Part shown: positions 52,031 to 64,000 of the stretch, in pieces
Layout: each line of letters starts with the position of its first letter
Numbering within the stretch: the first letter of the stretch is position 1
Source of the DNA: Camelus dromedarius
Lineage: Eukaryota
Direction: 5' to 3'
DNA length: 64,000 nucleotides
NCBI RefSeq assembly: GCF_036321535.1
Contig: NC_087438.1
Location: 8,124,001-8,188,000 of the forward strand
Translations under genes and position numbers: made by a program
Notes under the pieces: model-generated
Database searches by the model: none
Seen by the model: the letters and a program-made list of their open reading frames with translations, nothing else
What the model was told of the DNA's origin: nothing

Positions 52031-53147
52031 TGCCACTGTGAATAATCAACACGGACTGTTGATTCTGGGGAAGGTTCTGGGAGTAGGCAGGGAGTTTCCA
52101 ACTTCTAATATACGAACTACCCATGGTGTTGAGAAAAACATACGGTCCCGTATTAAAAATGTGCACCTAATTTCACAATCACACTGGATAAAAGGTTCTG
52201 AGTTATAAGGTTTAGAGAACGTAAGAAGAAGCAAACTGCTAAGAATGAACACGATACTAGTCAACCTTAGTGACCTATGGTTTAGAAAAGGAGAGCATTT
52301 GGACGGTTTCACATACAAGATAAATGATTTCTTTGCATTTTCCTTATTACACAGCCCAGTTGCGATCAGATGGTTTAATCAGTCTCTGCAGAAACATGAT
52401 TGACTTCTTTCCAAAAGACATGCTTCAATTTTAACTTTATGAGAAATACAGTACATTGCCCTGCTTAAGGGACTTGCTTCTTTTATGGAAAATCTAATCT
52501 ACACATAATTCTTCTCTTTCTTCTTTATTCCTTTTCCCAGAGCAAGCGAACATAGCTGCTAAAAAGTGGTTACACTTAAAAGTTACACAAGTTCAATAGC
52601 TTGAAATAGCTTTTAGGGTAATATCTGATGTTGATTTTGAGATGTAAATTACACCACCATGATTGGCATGTACCTTCAACTCGCAGTAGACACGCCTTCT
52701 CCCACAGAGGGAAGGTACCTGGCAGAGAGGGCAGTCAGCTCGATAATGAGGTCTCAATTCTTAAGTGAGCCAAGCTTGGGACTCAAAGGATGGCCTTGTT
52801 AGCGTTCTGCGATCAGCCGCACATTTTTCACACTATTGAACTTCAAATTCAAGCCATGTGGTGCTTTTCTCAGACACCATTCAGTATGCTTAACTTGGCA
52901 TCCAATCATTCCTTAGGCAGACGATGCCTAGACTGCACACGGGATTCCCTGGGGATGATTCGGGAGATAGGGTCCCCACAAAGAGTGGGTCTTCCATCCG
53001 TGAGTTAGCCAGAAGCTCTGTGGCACCCTCATTAGCCAAAAAGGGGAAGTCAAACACTCTTTCCCTTTTATTCCTTAAATTTCTTGTTAATATGCTCCAG
53101 GGAAAAAGATGAGACCAATGAAAGTGAATAGTAGAAACTATTACTAA

Positions 53148-53270
53148 CAGTAGGACCAAACTGGGACAGTTTTTCCAGAAGAAAAGACTAGAGGGCAGGT
53201 TTATTAATACTTACGCCAAGACACTGGCATAAACCAGCCTGTTCTAGACAAATCAGAAATAGGGGCATCT
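53148..53270. mobile_element. MER81-like hAT-Blackjack element
   Basis: 'ccaaactgggacagtttt...tattaatacttacgccaagacactggcataaacc' matches recalled MER81. Confidence 0.65.
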
Positions 53271-55221
53271 CCCCATAATTAACCAGAAATTTTAAGATTT
53301 CATTGTTAGTATTCAAGTAAAAATATTATTTAGAAGATGATCTGCTCAATCTAACATACTCCCCTTCATCACTGCATACTCTTTCATTAGCTTTAATGTA
53401 CACTAAACAGCCACTCTGCAACGATTCCAGTTCATGGAGAAACTCAGTTCACCCCTTGCATCAAAATTCTCGGCAATCAGTGCTTGATCTTATGTCAAAC
53501 TTAGAAAGAAATTATGTAGGTTTTTATTCTCTTCCAGCTCCATTTCTACTTTCCAGTCAACTGGCAGTACAGGGCTGTGATACGTTATAATCCTAGGGTG
53601 CAGTGTCCTCAAAACTATTTAATAAGACCTGCAATTTACCTGGAGAATATTGGAATTCCTATGGAAAGCTCTGAGCAAATAAAATGTATTTCCAAATTCC
53701 TAGGTCCTACTATTGGATAAGACCATGTTGACTGTGGAAAATCCCCAAATGAGAAATACTGGGAAATAATCTAGCCTTATATTCAGAAATCGAGAAGGCT
53801 AAAGTCTGTTTTGAAAAGTAAGTACTACACGGAAATGCTCATAATTATAGCATTATAAAATATATGTACCAGTATTCAATGCTAACATGATGTTAGATGT
53901 ATGTTTTTACATATTTGTGATAAAGTAAGTACATGTTGGAAAAACATTACGCAAAACAGATATATCCCCTTCCCCTCAAAAAATTTAACTTCCAGGTAGC
54001 GCAGATAAAGTTATTCCTGAAGGTCTATTATCTATAAACTTGTCAACCATCTTTTAGCTTTTATATGCTGAGTACACTAGTTTGCAAACAAATATAATCT
54101 GAATATAATCATGTATATATTTGTCAGTGCCTGACTGTCCCTCATGAAATGATATAACCTGTACAGAAAACACAGTGGCCAGAAAGACAGGATTTTTGGA
54201 TTTAGAAGAATATATTTTTGTTCGTCTAAACAGCTGAAAACATAATGTATTACAATTATATTGATTTTTTTTTAAAGGATAATAGTTTTTCTGTGAGGCA
54301 AAGTTTTAAAAAATACTACATCTAAATCACGGTTGGTATTTAATTGTGTTTGTTACTGAAATGTGTCATAGCATTAATAACAAAGAAACTAGTGGTATTT
54401 TAGAATCTTCTTGCAACTGTGTATAATCTTGTATAATTTCAGTTGCACAGAGTAGAGTTGATGTAAGTGTAAAAACTGCTCATCAGGCCATTTTATTATT
54501 GAGCTCATTATATTCACAATTAAAACCAAAGAAAACTGTTCAGCTCTCCAACAAGGGATGGGAGCCGTCTCGAACTGAACTCGGGGAAGTGGCAGGGCGA
54601 CTGCTCAGCTCCATGGCCATGTCTGGGACAAAGTCTATCAGTCAAACTGTCTTCTCCCTTAATCATCAGTTAATGTGACTATTAACAAGATATTTTCTCC
54701 AATATGTGCTTCCATTAGCATAATTCTGGGCCCTAATTACCTTATGCTTTTTTTCATCTTTAAATATCTGACATTAAAAATTGCAGCAGCAAACAGGCCC
54801 ATGTGGCTTTCTAATCTAGTCTTTTTCCAAACTTGTCAGGGATGACGTTCTTTTATGTGCCTTTGAGTCCAGTTTCTTTGGATTACTTCTTAAGACTTTA
54901 AAAGATTAAAAGTAATACACATGTATGGTTTAAAAGTTAGAAATTCAGTAAAGTTAAAAAAAAATTAGAATCACTTCTATGCCCATAAATCAAAGACAAT
55001 CATTGTGAACATTTCATTGCATTTTCTTCCCCTATTATCCATTAATGTCTATTTAGTTTTTTATTTTATACTCTACAAAATTAAAATCGTACTACTTTTT
55101 TTACTTGCCCCTGTTTTATTAGTATTTCTCCCAGTCTTCACTCCTTAGAGAAATAAATCATAATGGCAATGTACCCAGCCATGACGGACATACTAAACCA
55201 TTTTAAAGTTACTTTATTTTT

Positions 55222-55344
55222 AACGTGAAAACGGGTATATGTGTGTATATGTGGGACTGGAACATTGTTCTGTACACCAGAAATTGACACATTGTAATTG
55301 ACTGTACCTCAATTAAAAATAAAATAAAATAATAAAATAAAAAA
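55222..55344 (+). mobile_element. Very short L1 3' end with TSD, inserted in older L1-like sequence
   Basis: TSD taaagttactttattttt (55204-55221) / taaagttgccttattttt (55345-55362). Body 'tgtacaccagaaattgacacattgtaattgactgtacctcaattaaaa'. Confidence 0.88.
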
Positions 55345-57269
55345 TAAAGTTGCCTTATTTTTGATCATTTAGTTTATTTCCAATTTATGTTGATTATATA
55401 TTTTATTTTAGTAAATACTTTGGCTATATCATTGTATATGCATAAATAAATGTAAAATATATATGGCTATAATAAATTGTAAAATTCTGATTGTTTTTCT
55501 TAATCAGATTTTTAGAGGTGGCATTGTGAGGACAAATAATAAAACTATTTGTGTTCTTAATTAATTTTACAAATTCTTTTCCAAAAAATACTTACAGTTA
55601 GTTTGACAAAAGTTCAAGACTTGAAGCCATATAAGCCTTTTTAAAAAATCTAAATTTAATATTAAGATTTAACTGCAGAGTCAAATACAAACTGGAAATT
55701 CTCAGTAAGTCAACTTCCTAGTTTCATAGAATACAGGAATATGTAAGATCAATAAATTATACACATGCTAAGCCCAAGTAGATTAGAATGTTGGAAAAAA
55801 GACCACTCTGCCCTTTATAAAGCGCACAGGACATCTACTTACACGTCATCCCTACTTTCCTTAAAAGAACTGTAACTGCAACTCTCTCCAATAGTAAAAC
55901 TCAACACGCTTATATGTAATTGGCTTAACTTGTTTTGTTCTGATCATATTCAACTTAATTTAGCAAGAGAGAACAAGCGGGATTTTCACTGGGTTATGGT
56001 TTCTTTCATCACACTGCTCACAGGTAAACACCTGACACAGTGCCAATAATTGTTCATCCTTTCATATTTTTATAATGACAGTATCTCAAATTGGAATCTA
56101 GAGTTTATGAGAATGTAAGACTCCCATCAGTCTCTTCCTTTATTTAACAATAGCTCAATATTTCTTTATTCTACTGAAGAGACATTCATGCAGTACTCCA
56201 CTGGAGCTTCCAGGAAATAGCCATGAAAAAGGTACTACACACCCACCCAACAGAGACGTTCTATCTGGGCACCAGGACTTCTGTTACATAGGATGTGGAA
56301 ACAAAACATGTGCATGTTATTAAAGTGGTTTGTGTATTGATATTTTTCTCTTGTTTTGTATAAACGTATAAAACTAAAGATAGATATATATTAGATAGAT
56401 TGACAGATTAAAGTTTCTTATGCAAATACCAAAGAGATAGCTAATTAGTCTGTTAAAAGATTTGGCTTAGTGACTCTTTATTATCAAAATAAAACTAACA
56501 TTGACACAGAACAAGTAAGCACAGAAAATCAACTGTATTAGCTGATTAGAAACATATGACGTAACATTCAAGCAATTATCCGTTCACCCTTGGTAGAGGA
56601 AAGAATCGTTAGTTTGAAGAAACGTCACAATTTCCTTATCGTGTGTCCCAAACAGTTCTGGGAAATGTGTTTCTCTTTGCTGAAGACTTAGTGCTCAAGG
56701 GGCGAACACAGGGTAGATTCAGATGTGTTGTGTTCTGGCTTTGAACCTAAACTACTTCCGAGGTTTATGGAAAGAAAAGGACTTGAATCGGCACAATAGG
56801 AAGGGGGAACTGTGTTATGGGATTGCAGTCGTGATGCGTGCCATGAAGCATGTAGTCCAAGTCTGTACTGATTTATACCTGCACGTGAAGAAAAGCCACT
56901 GATGTGACCCAGTGAAAATACACTGGCACTGTGGCGCTGGCATCCAACACAGGCCACTCTTGCTTTGCAACAACAAATCCAGATTTTGACTTCAGTCTCC
57001 AAATATATACTATTATTCTATAGTATCCAATATATAATATATATTCAAACACAAGCTGATAGCAATGGATTAAATTCTCTAATTAAAAATTCTTTTCTAA
57101 GTTTTTATCTTTATTTTCCTCTGTTTTGATGATCTATTCTTTTACTCGTCCTTGCATTCTTTTAAGTTATATGCCATTACCTCTACGAAAAATTAAACCA
57201 AATATGACATCTACTAACACTCTAAATAATGAGAATGAGAAAACGGCACAACAGAGGAAACATTTTTCA

Positions 57270-57442
57270 TTTGGAAATCACAGAAAATCAGATTTGAATT
57301 CCATCTGTTATTTCTCAACAGCATAAACTTGAGCAAGATTTTTAAACACTCTGAGTTTCAGGCTTCTTTTCCAAGATAGCATCATAATATCAACTTAGTT
57401 GGTGGGCTTAGCAAAAAGTATGCATTGGATAAACGTTAGTTT
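57270..57442 (+). mobile_element. MIR SINE
   Basis: 'tttgaattccatctg...aacttgagcaagatttttaaacactctgagtttcaggcttctttt'. Confidence 0.55.
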
Positions 57443-58349
57443 CCATCCACTTAATCCATTTATTCCACACTGACACCAGCTGTTTACTGGGTGCTTAGCC
57501 ACTGCAAGTTTTCATTTACACATGTGGATAAGTAAAGTGATTAATTACGTTCCATCAGTGGTGCAGAATACTGGCTTTGTTTCACTCCGTTCAGAAACGG
57601 TAACTAGAAAAAGCTAACTCATGTACCCTGACATTGACTTCATGCCAGAATTCAGGAGAATTAAGACACTTAGAAGTCAGGAAGGGACAACTCAACAACT
57701 GACCTAACACACTGTGGAAGCGATATGGGTCCTAAATGAATGACTGGGCACTGGAACGCTAGTACCACCTAATAACTTTTGGGGTTCCGTAGAAAATACA
57801 CAAAGCATTTTCTATCCTTTAGAACCACATATGCTGAAAAGTATTCACAAAAATATGAATTTGCCTACAATTGCCTTAAATGACTCTAGTCAAAAACAGG
57901 AGAAAATTGTGTACCCTTATATAGACAAAGCAATTCTCTCAAACACGGTTCACTGAAATGTCCCAAAAGTATTCAGTTCAGTTCCTCTAAGGCACCAGTG
58001 GCTGTGCTAAGAGCAATGGGAAAATTATGGAAGTATTAGATGGTGCCGGTCCACGTATCTGCAACAGTAATTGTCAGTAATTGACCAGTTCTGGGAACCT
58101 GGCGGCCTGTAGGGCCTTGCTATCATCCTCTCCTGTTCAAGGTGGCCACTGGGACCTGCGGACAGCCACGTGTGGGTAGAGACTTGAGCTGCACTGAGGT
58201 CCTGTGGACGGCGCTGGTACCCAGGAGCGTGGATGGGGCATCTGAATGTGGGGAGAACTGCCAAGCAGGGATCTACTCGGGGTAGGGGAGGCCCATTCAA
58301 CCCCAAGTGAGCATGAGGGGTCTACTTGCCAAAGAAAGCCAAAAGGAGC

Positions 58350-58635
58350 CGTCTTGGCTTCCTAGGGCTCACATAAAACAGTGTCCCAAAGTGGGGGGCT
58401 TATGATGACAGAAATTTACTTTCTGAGGGCTCTGGAGGCTAGCAGTGTTAGGTCAAGGTGTCAGAAGGACACATTCTCTCAGAATATTCTAGAAGGGATC
58501 CTTTCTTTCCTCTTCCAGTTTCTGGTTGTTGCTGGCAATGCTTGGCAGTCTTTGGTTTCTAGAGGCATCACTTCAACTTTTGCCTCCTGTTATCATATGG
58601 CATTCCCCTGCGTGTGTCCCCGTGTCCAGACTGCC

Positions 58636-58702
<67 letters not shown>

Positions 58703-58812
58703 CAATCATATTGGAGTATGGCCTGTCTTCATCCAGGGTGACTTCATCCTACCCTGATTTCATCTACAAAGACCCTATTTCCAAATAAAGTCAACATACA
58801 GTTTTCAACATG
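58350..58812 (-). mobile_element. MLT1A-D-like MaLR LTR, antisense, containing a microsatellite
   Basis: 'ttcctagggct...acagaaatttactttctgagggctctggaggctag...tcaaggtgtcag...aaagaccctatttccaaataaagtca'. Confidence 0.85.
58636..58700. repeat. Compound microsatellite (TG)~12(TA)~20
   Basis: Directly visible. Confidence 0.97.
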
Positions 58813-60334
58813 TCGTAACAAGGACTCAGTGGCCAGCTGTGCCTCCCTTTCCCTTACGTCTGTGAGGGTTGGGGGTGGGGTGGTCCCAAGAGCAAAGAGG
58901 CTTCTCGTAGGTGCCTCAGCAGGGACTGGTGGTCTGGCTTTGCCACACAGGCTGTGTGCCTTTCTCCACCAATGCCTAGGGTCCCCATGCAGATGATACT
59001 CAAACCATAAGACAACTCCCGAGTGAACCAATGAAAAAAATCCCTAATATTAATTAAGGTCCATTTATAGAAGCCTTGAGGTCAAAGGGAGGGAATTTTG
59101 GCAAAACAAACATAGAGCTGGTGAGGTGGAAATGCTGGGAGGCAGAACTGAAAACTAGAAAGGACGCATTCTGCAATGCACGCAGATTTTTGTTGTTGTT
59201 GTTAGGCAGCAAATTCTATAAATAATAACATGAAAACCAATTTTCTAAAATAAAATGTCAGTTTGCAATGCATTCTTTCTCAACAATTAAATGTAAGTGT
59301 AAACATAACAGAGTATTTAAATGGAAGTTTGGACACAGACATAAAACAGCACGGATCAGATAGCAAAATGAGGTGCAGACTTCCATGCAGGTTTTCAGCG
59401 AACCCAGCTCCGTGACTTGTGCTAATCACCCATGATGCTGACAAGTATTCCAGTCTGCCTCCCAGACACCAGCGAGGACTGGCATTTAACCCAGCCCAAC
59501 AGGGTTCAAAGCAGTCATGTGACTTCCTCTGGCCAAGGACACGGGGCTAGGGCTGCCGACCGCCACCGGAGGAAGCTTTAGAGCTGGTACGCTACCTGCC
59601 ACGCTCACAGTCCATCAGGAAGATGCTTCTGAGTGCCTTTAAGCCTGTGGTGACTATTAGAGGGGAAACAAGAGATTCATACCCTGACTCTGAACTGGAA
59701 AAGCTAAAAAGGGCAAGAGAGGGGCTGTCTGGCTGCTGAGCAATGGTCTGAAGGAGAGGTGACTGCAGAGGAGGCAGCTGCCCAAGAGAGCAGGTGGGGA
59801 AAGGGGTGTGGATTCCTTGGACCGGATGTGGGTTACAAGAGAGTGGGTCAGGGATAAGGGGCATCTTGACAGGCAGACTCCACAGGGAGAGGCCAGAGGC
59901 TGCCGGAGAGCACATATCTGCAGCAAGGGAACCGCAGGTGTGGGTTCTTCAGAGAAGGTGGTGGGGAGGGATGGTGCTGATGTCAGGAAGCTGGAACTCA
60001 CACCAATGCCAGCTGTGAAAGGACTTCCTGCACCTCTCAGCTCTCTGGGGCCCTCTCCTCTCTATTTCCCCACCATGATCACACACATACCTACATGCAC
60101 ACACGCACACATGCCCCTCTGGAGGGGCCCGTCATTCCCTTCCCCGGTGACCCAAAGGAAACCCTTCCTCCTGCAGGACACCTCCCCTGGAGGGCGACTG
60201 AAGAGCCATAACTTTGAATGGAAGAGAAAGCTTTCTTTTTGTTTTTGAAACTGGAAGATTTGACTATCATATCATAGGTATTACAAATATCAAATTGAGA
60301 CTACATTTTAAAAATTAAAGTAACTTTTAAACAT

Positions 60335-60612
60335 ATTTATTAACCAAATATTCAAAATATTTAACAACCAGTATGGCATGGGCACCCATCCCTGAGAATG
60401 GGCACCAACGATGTTGGGGCAGAGTCTTGGGGGCCATTTGTTGTGCTTTTTAGCTGCTGAGACATGGAGAATTGGGTGGGGGGTGGTTACAGGGGGGAAG
60501 TCAGCACGGCCTGTGGCGGCTGGCAGTGGATGGGTGAGGTATACTCAAGGCAGTTGGCTGCTACCAACCCACACACAAGTTGGGTGGTATTTTAACAGCC
60601 CACTTGGCTGAC
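60335..60612. mobile_element. Possible hAT-family non-autonomous DNA element
   Basis: 'aaatatttaacaaccagtatggcatgggcacc' ... 'tattttaacagcccacttggctg' resemble hAT-Tip100-type ends. The family is uncertain. Confidence 0.35.
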
Positions 60613-61989
60613 AAGGGCTGCCTGAAAACCACGGGCCAAGGAAGGAGTTTCCTACTGAATGTATTTTAAAGGGATAGTGGGACCTAAATAAAGTTGCTTG
60701 TAATTGCATCTCATGAATCTTGATTGTTTGAAATACCAGTTATTTACACTAACTAAGCAAGCTGCTTAGGGATGGTCTGATATACACAACCATGTCACAC
60801 TCAATTTTCCTAAGGGTGAGATTATAGAAATTGGGAGGTAAAACCGACCCCTAAATCAGGTCATGAAAAATTGTTCTGGGAAGCAAGAGATGGAAGAGAG
60901 AGGAAGAACCTTCTGAATCGTGGTTTTAAAAATAAGGTGATGTTTTAGCCCCTGTGTGGAATTACAAAATTGTCATTTTATCCCAACTGTGCACATTCAA
61001 GGATTAGCTATGCCACTTAGTTGTTATTGCTGTTAACATCATTTGTACCAAATGATTTATAACAGCCCCAACGGTAACACATAACTCTAGTAACAACTGA
61101 TATGTGATCTAGAAAAGCATCAGTTTGAACACTGAGTTTATGGATTTTGGTGCTAGGCTTATTGAATAATTTGTTAAAATTATAAAAAAAAAATTTAGTT
61201 AATAATAATTAAAAAAAAAAATCAGTAGGCAACAGGTGGGCTACATCCCTCCTTACCCAGTAGCCAAGAAAACAAAACCAAACAAAACAGAATATTACCC
61301 CGATATTTCAAAAACTTCAGAGATGTTAGATTTGCTTGCCTTATTAATGTCTTATGAATGTGTTTAATTTTGTTTTGTTTTGTTTCTTAACAAACAAACA
61401 AAAAGAACCAAGTTCTGGTTCTACAGGTGCTACTATAAGAATGCAGGGAAAAGGATCTAATTTAAAATGTTTAAGTTTTTATTTCACATTCTAAAGTGCC
61501 TTTATAAGGTAGAAAATGCTTATCCACCATTCTTATCTTGACTGAAATATATTTTTTAATCCTAGAATTTGAGCTCTGATGCTAATAAGCCCAAAGAATG
61601 AAAAAGAAAAACAATTGTCTAGGTGTCTAAACTCTTCACTTAATGTTAATTCTAAACAAAATGCAAACAATTCATTGTTCTTGCTTATCATGAGGTCAAA
61701 TAAATGCTTTTAATGCTGTTAGAAAAATACCATTTGTTTATTTTAAGGTTGTTTATAGATATAATATGATTGTTTATAAGGCAAAGCTAAGCTTTTGTCT
61801 CACGAGGATTTCATTGCCCCTGTATTTGAAGGCAAATTAACTGATCAACTGTTCCAAATGCATAGTGAATTGGTGGAAAACTCAGCCTTTTCGGGCTTTG
61901 TCAGTGAGCACATGCAGCTACAATATCCCAGCCAAAACCTACACTGTTGTGATGCCAACCAGATTTGGATCAGCTCTCCACCAAGAAGC

Positions 61990-62263
61990 TAGTCTCTGCC
62001 AACTAACAGCGACAAATAGCAGGTGGCATTATAGAGCCCGGGAACCCACTGAGGACTGTGAAGTGGAGGTGGAGGCTGTGCATCCAGAGGATAAAGACAC
62101 ACGGAGCTCAGAAAAGCAGACTCTGAAATCATCTGGTCCCCACTGACTCCACTGAGTCACAACCAACCCTAATTGTCACTTCGTGAGAAGTGAGATGCTA
62201 AATTAATTTGTTAGATTGGTTGGTTTCTCTGTTACAGGCAGCTAATAGCATCCTAACTGATAC
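61990..62263 (+). mobile_element. MLT1-type MaLR LTR 3' part
   Basis: Terminus 'tttctctgttacaggcagctaatagcatcctaactgataca'. Confidence 0.65.
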
Positions 62264-62319
62264 AATATTACTATTTTTTAGATGGCCCTTAGTGCAATAT
62301 GAAATTATATTATCCATTG

Positions 62320-62455
62320 CTCAGTTATCTATCATCTGTCTCCTTCACTGGAATACACTTTCTTTGTAAAGAAAAGATAGTTTCCATCTCATTCTCTGCT
62401 GTATCCCCAATATCCACAATGTCTGGCACACAGACACTGAATAAATGTTGACTTA
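62320..62455 (+). mobile_element. L2 3' end
   Basis: 'ctgtctccttcactggaatacac...ctctgctgtatccccaatatccacaatgtctggcacacagacactgaataaatgttg'. Confidence 0.7.
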
Positions 62456-63560
62456 ACATAAGGCAGCTTTTGTTGGATCCAATGAATATAACATCAGTCC
62501 AAGGAATTCACCATCTTTACAGTTGCCAGATAGCATGATCTAATGCAGTTTTATTCCAAGAGATTTGGAAAGATCCCTTCTTTTCATAGAATTAGCATAA
62601 GCCAAGTGCTGGAAAAATCCTTCTCAGATTTAGCAAAGAGCTGGTCTGTCTACACTGAACTACACATCTCTTTATCCCACACTCCTTGCCTTCTGAAGAT
62701 CTTGGCTTCAACAGGCTCTCAACCTAACATCGTTTTTATAAAATGAGTTACTGCTTACATTTCTATAATACATATAGTAAATTTCACTTGGAAGATTCTT
62801 TCCTTGGGCCGCCATATATGTCAAAATCTGGATCAGTCAAAGGTGCTACTGGTAAATTCTATCATAAAAACTACAGAGCACATTATTCCACATGTCATGT
62901 CATCCTAAAAATTTCTAGGACTAGAGTGTTGGGCTGCATGTCACACTGTGCAATGGAACAGTCATGCCTCCAGTGATGGTGTCAGTGGGTAAAACTTAAA
63001 GCTCTTAAAAATGACTAACACCACTGGAGAGAGTTGTATTGTCAATGATCACATCCATTTGTTCAATATGTTAGTACTGGGAAGCGAAGCCAACAGCTCC
63101 CCGGGTTTGCTCCACTAACGCCCAGCTCACAGCGGGCTTCTGCTAGAAGTCTCGTATTATCAAAGCTTCAAGACAATGCATGAGTTTCTGGAAAGATACC
63201 AATTTCAAATTTAAAAATACGTTCCAGAGTAGGCCTCTATGCAAGTTCTCTCATATTTCTGAACAAAAAAATGAGTTCAATCATTAACCACTAATAGAGA
63301 GTGAACTGTGTCCTGGCTGTCTCCCTTCTACAGATTATCAGGTCAATATATGTTACCGTTGAAATTCTTGAAACAGTAGATTTATATTTAAGATAAAAAT
63401 GAACCATGTTCCACAGCTAAGAGATAGAAACATAAAATTATACTAATATGCAACATAACCAAAGGTATCCTGTTTTTCAGGAGTGTATTATAATTGGCAT
63501 ATGTGACATTGTCCCTATTGTTAACATTTTTCCTATATTATCTCATTAAAAATTAACGGC

Positions 63561-64000
63561 TGATACCTCACTATAGTTTTGATTTACATTTCTCTGATGA
63601 TTAGCAATATTGAGCATTTTTTCATGTGCCTATTGGCCATTTGTATGTCTTCAGCAACATACATGGACCTGGAGATTGTCAGTCTAAGTGAAGTAAGCCA
63701 GAAAGATAAAGAAAAATACCATACAATATCACTTATATGTGGAATCTTAAAAAAAAGACAAATGAACTTATTTACAAAACAGAAACAGACTCACAGACAT
63801 AAGAAACAAACTTATGGTTACCAGGGGGTAAAGGAGTGGGAAGAGATAAATTGAGAGTTCAAGATTTGCAGATACTGACTGGTATATATAAAATAAATAA
63901 ACAACAAGTTTGCACTGTATAGCACAGGGAACTATATTTGATTTCTTGTAGTAACTTATGGTATAAAAGAATATGAAAATGAATATATGTATGTTCACGT
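63561..64000 (+). mobile_element. L1 insertion with 5' inversion (minus piece 63561-63652, plus piece 63652 to window end)
   Basis: Antisense ORF2 'tgatacctcactatagttttgattt...ttggccatttgtatgtcttc' abuts sense 'cagcaacatacatggacctggag...tatagcacagggaactata'. The 3' end is outside the window. Confidence 0.88.

Overview
Mammalian genomic DNA, most likely camelid: it has two Vic-1-type tRNA-derived SINEs, and I recognised no Alu, Bov-tA/BovB or PRE-1 elements. The window lies inside the delta-catenin gene CTNND2 on the minus strand. Three coding exons have canonical AG/GT boundaries and consistent phases: 27329-27363 (35 nt), 26836-26952 (117 nt) and 10966-11141 (176 nt). They match human exons 4-6 as I recall them. 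The rest is intronic and rich in repeats: L1 3' ends (several with target-site duplications, two with twin-priming inversions, one apparently nested), L2, MIR, MaLR/ERVL/ERV1 LTRs, hAT DNA transposon relics and microsatellites. I see no evidence for a new multi-gene system, and the other ORFs look like noise or repeat-derived frames. The most notable unexplained structures are (i) a 34-nt self-complementary direct repeat bracketing the exon 4-5 pair, (ii) a ~70-nt LTR-like polyadenylated insert with a TSD, apparently an L1-mobilised LTR transcript end, and (iii) an inverted pair of lineage-specific SINEs flanking exon 6. Repeat family names come from recalled consensus sequences and need RepeatMasker/Dfam confirmation. 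Repeat boundaries without TSDs are approximate.
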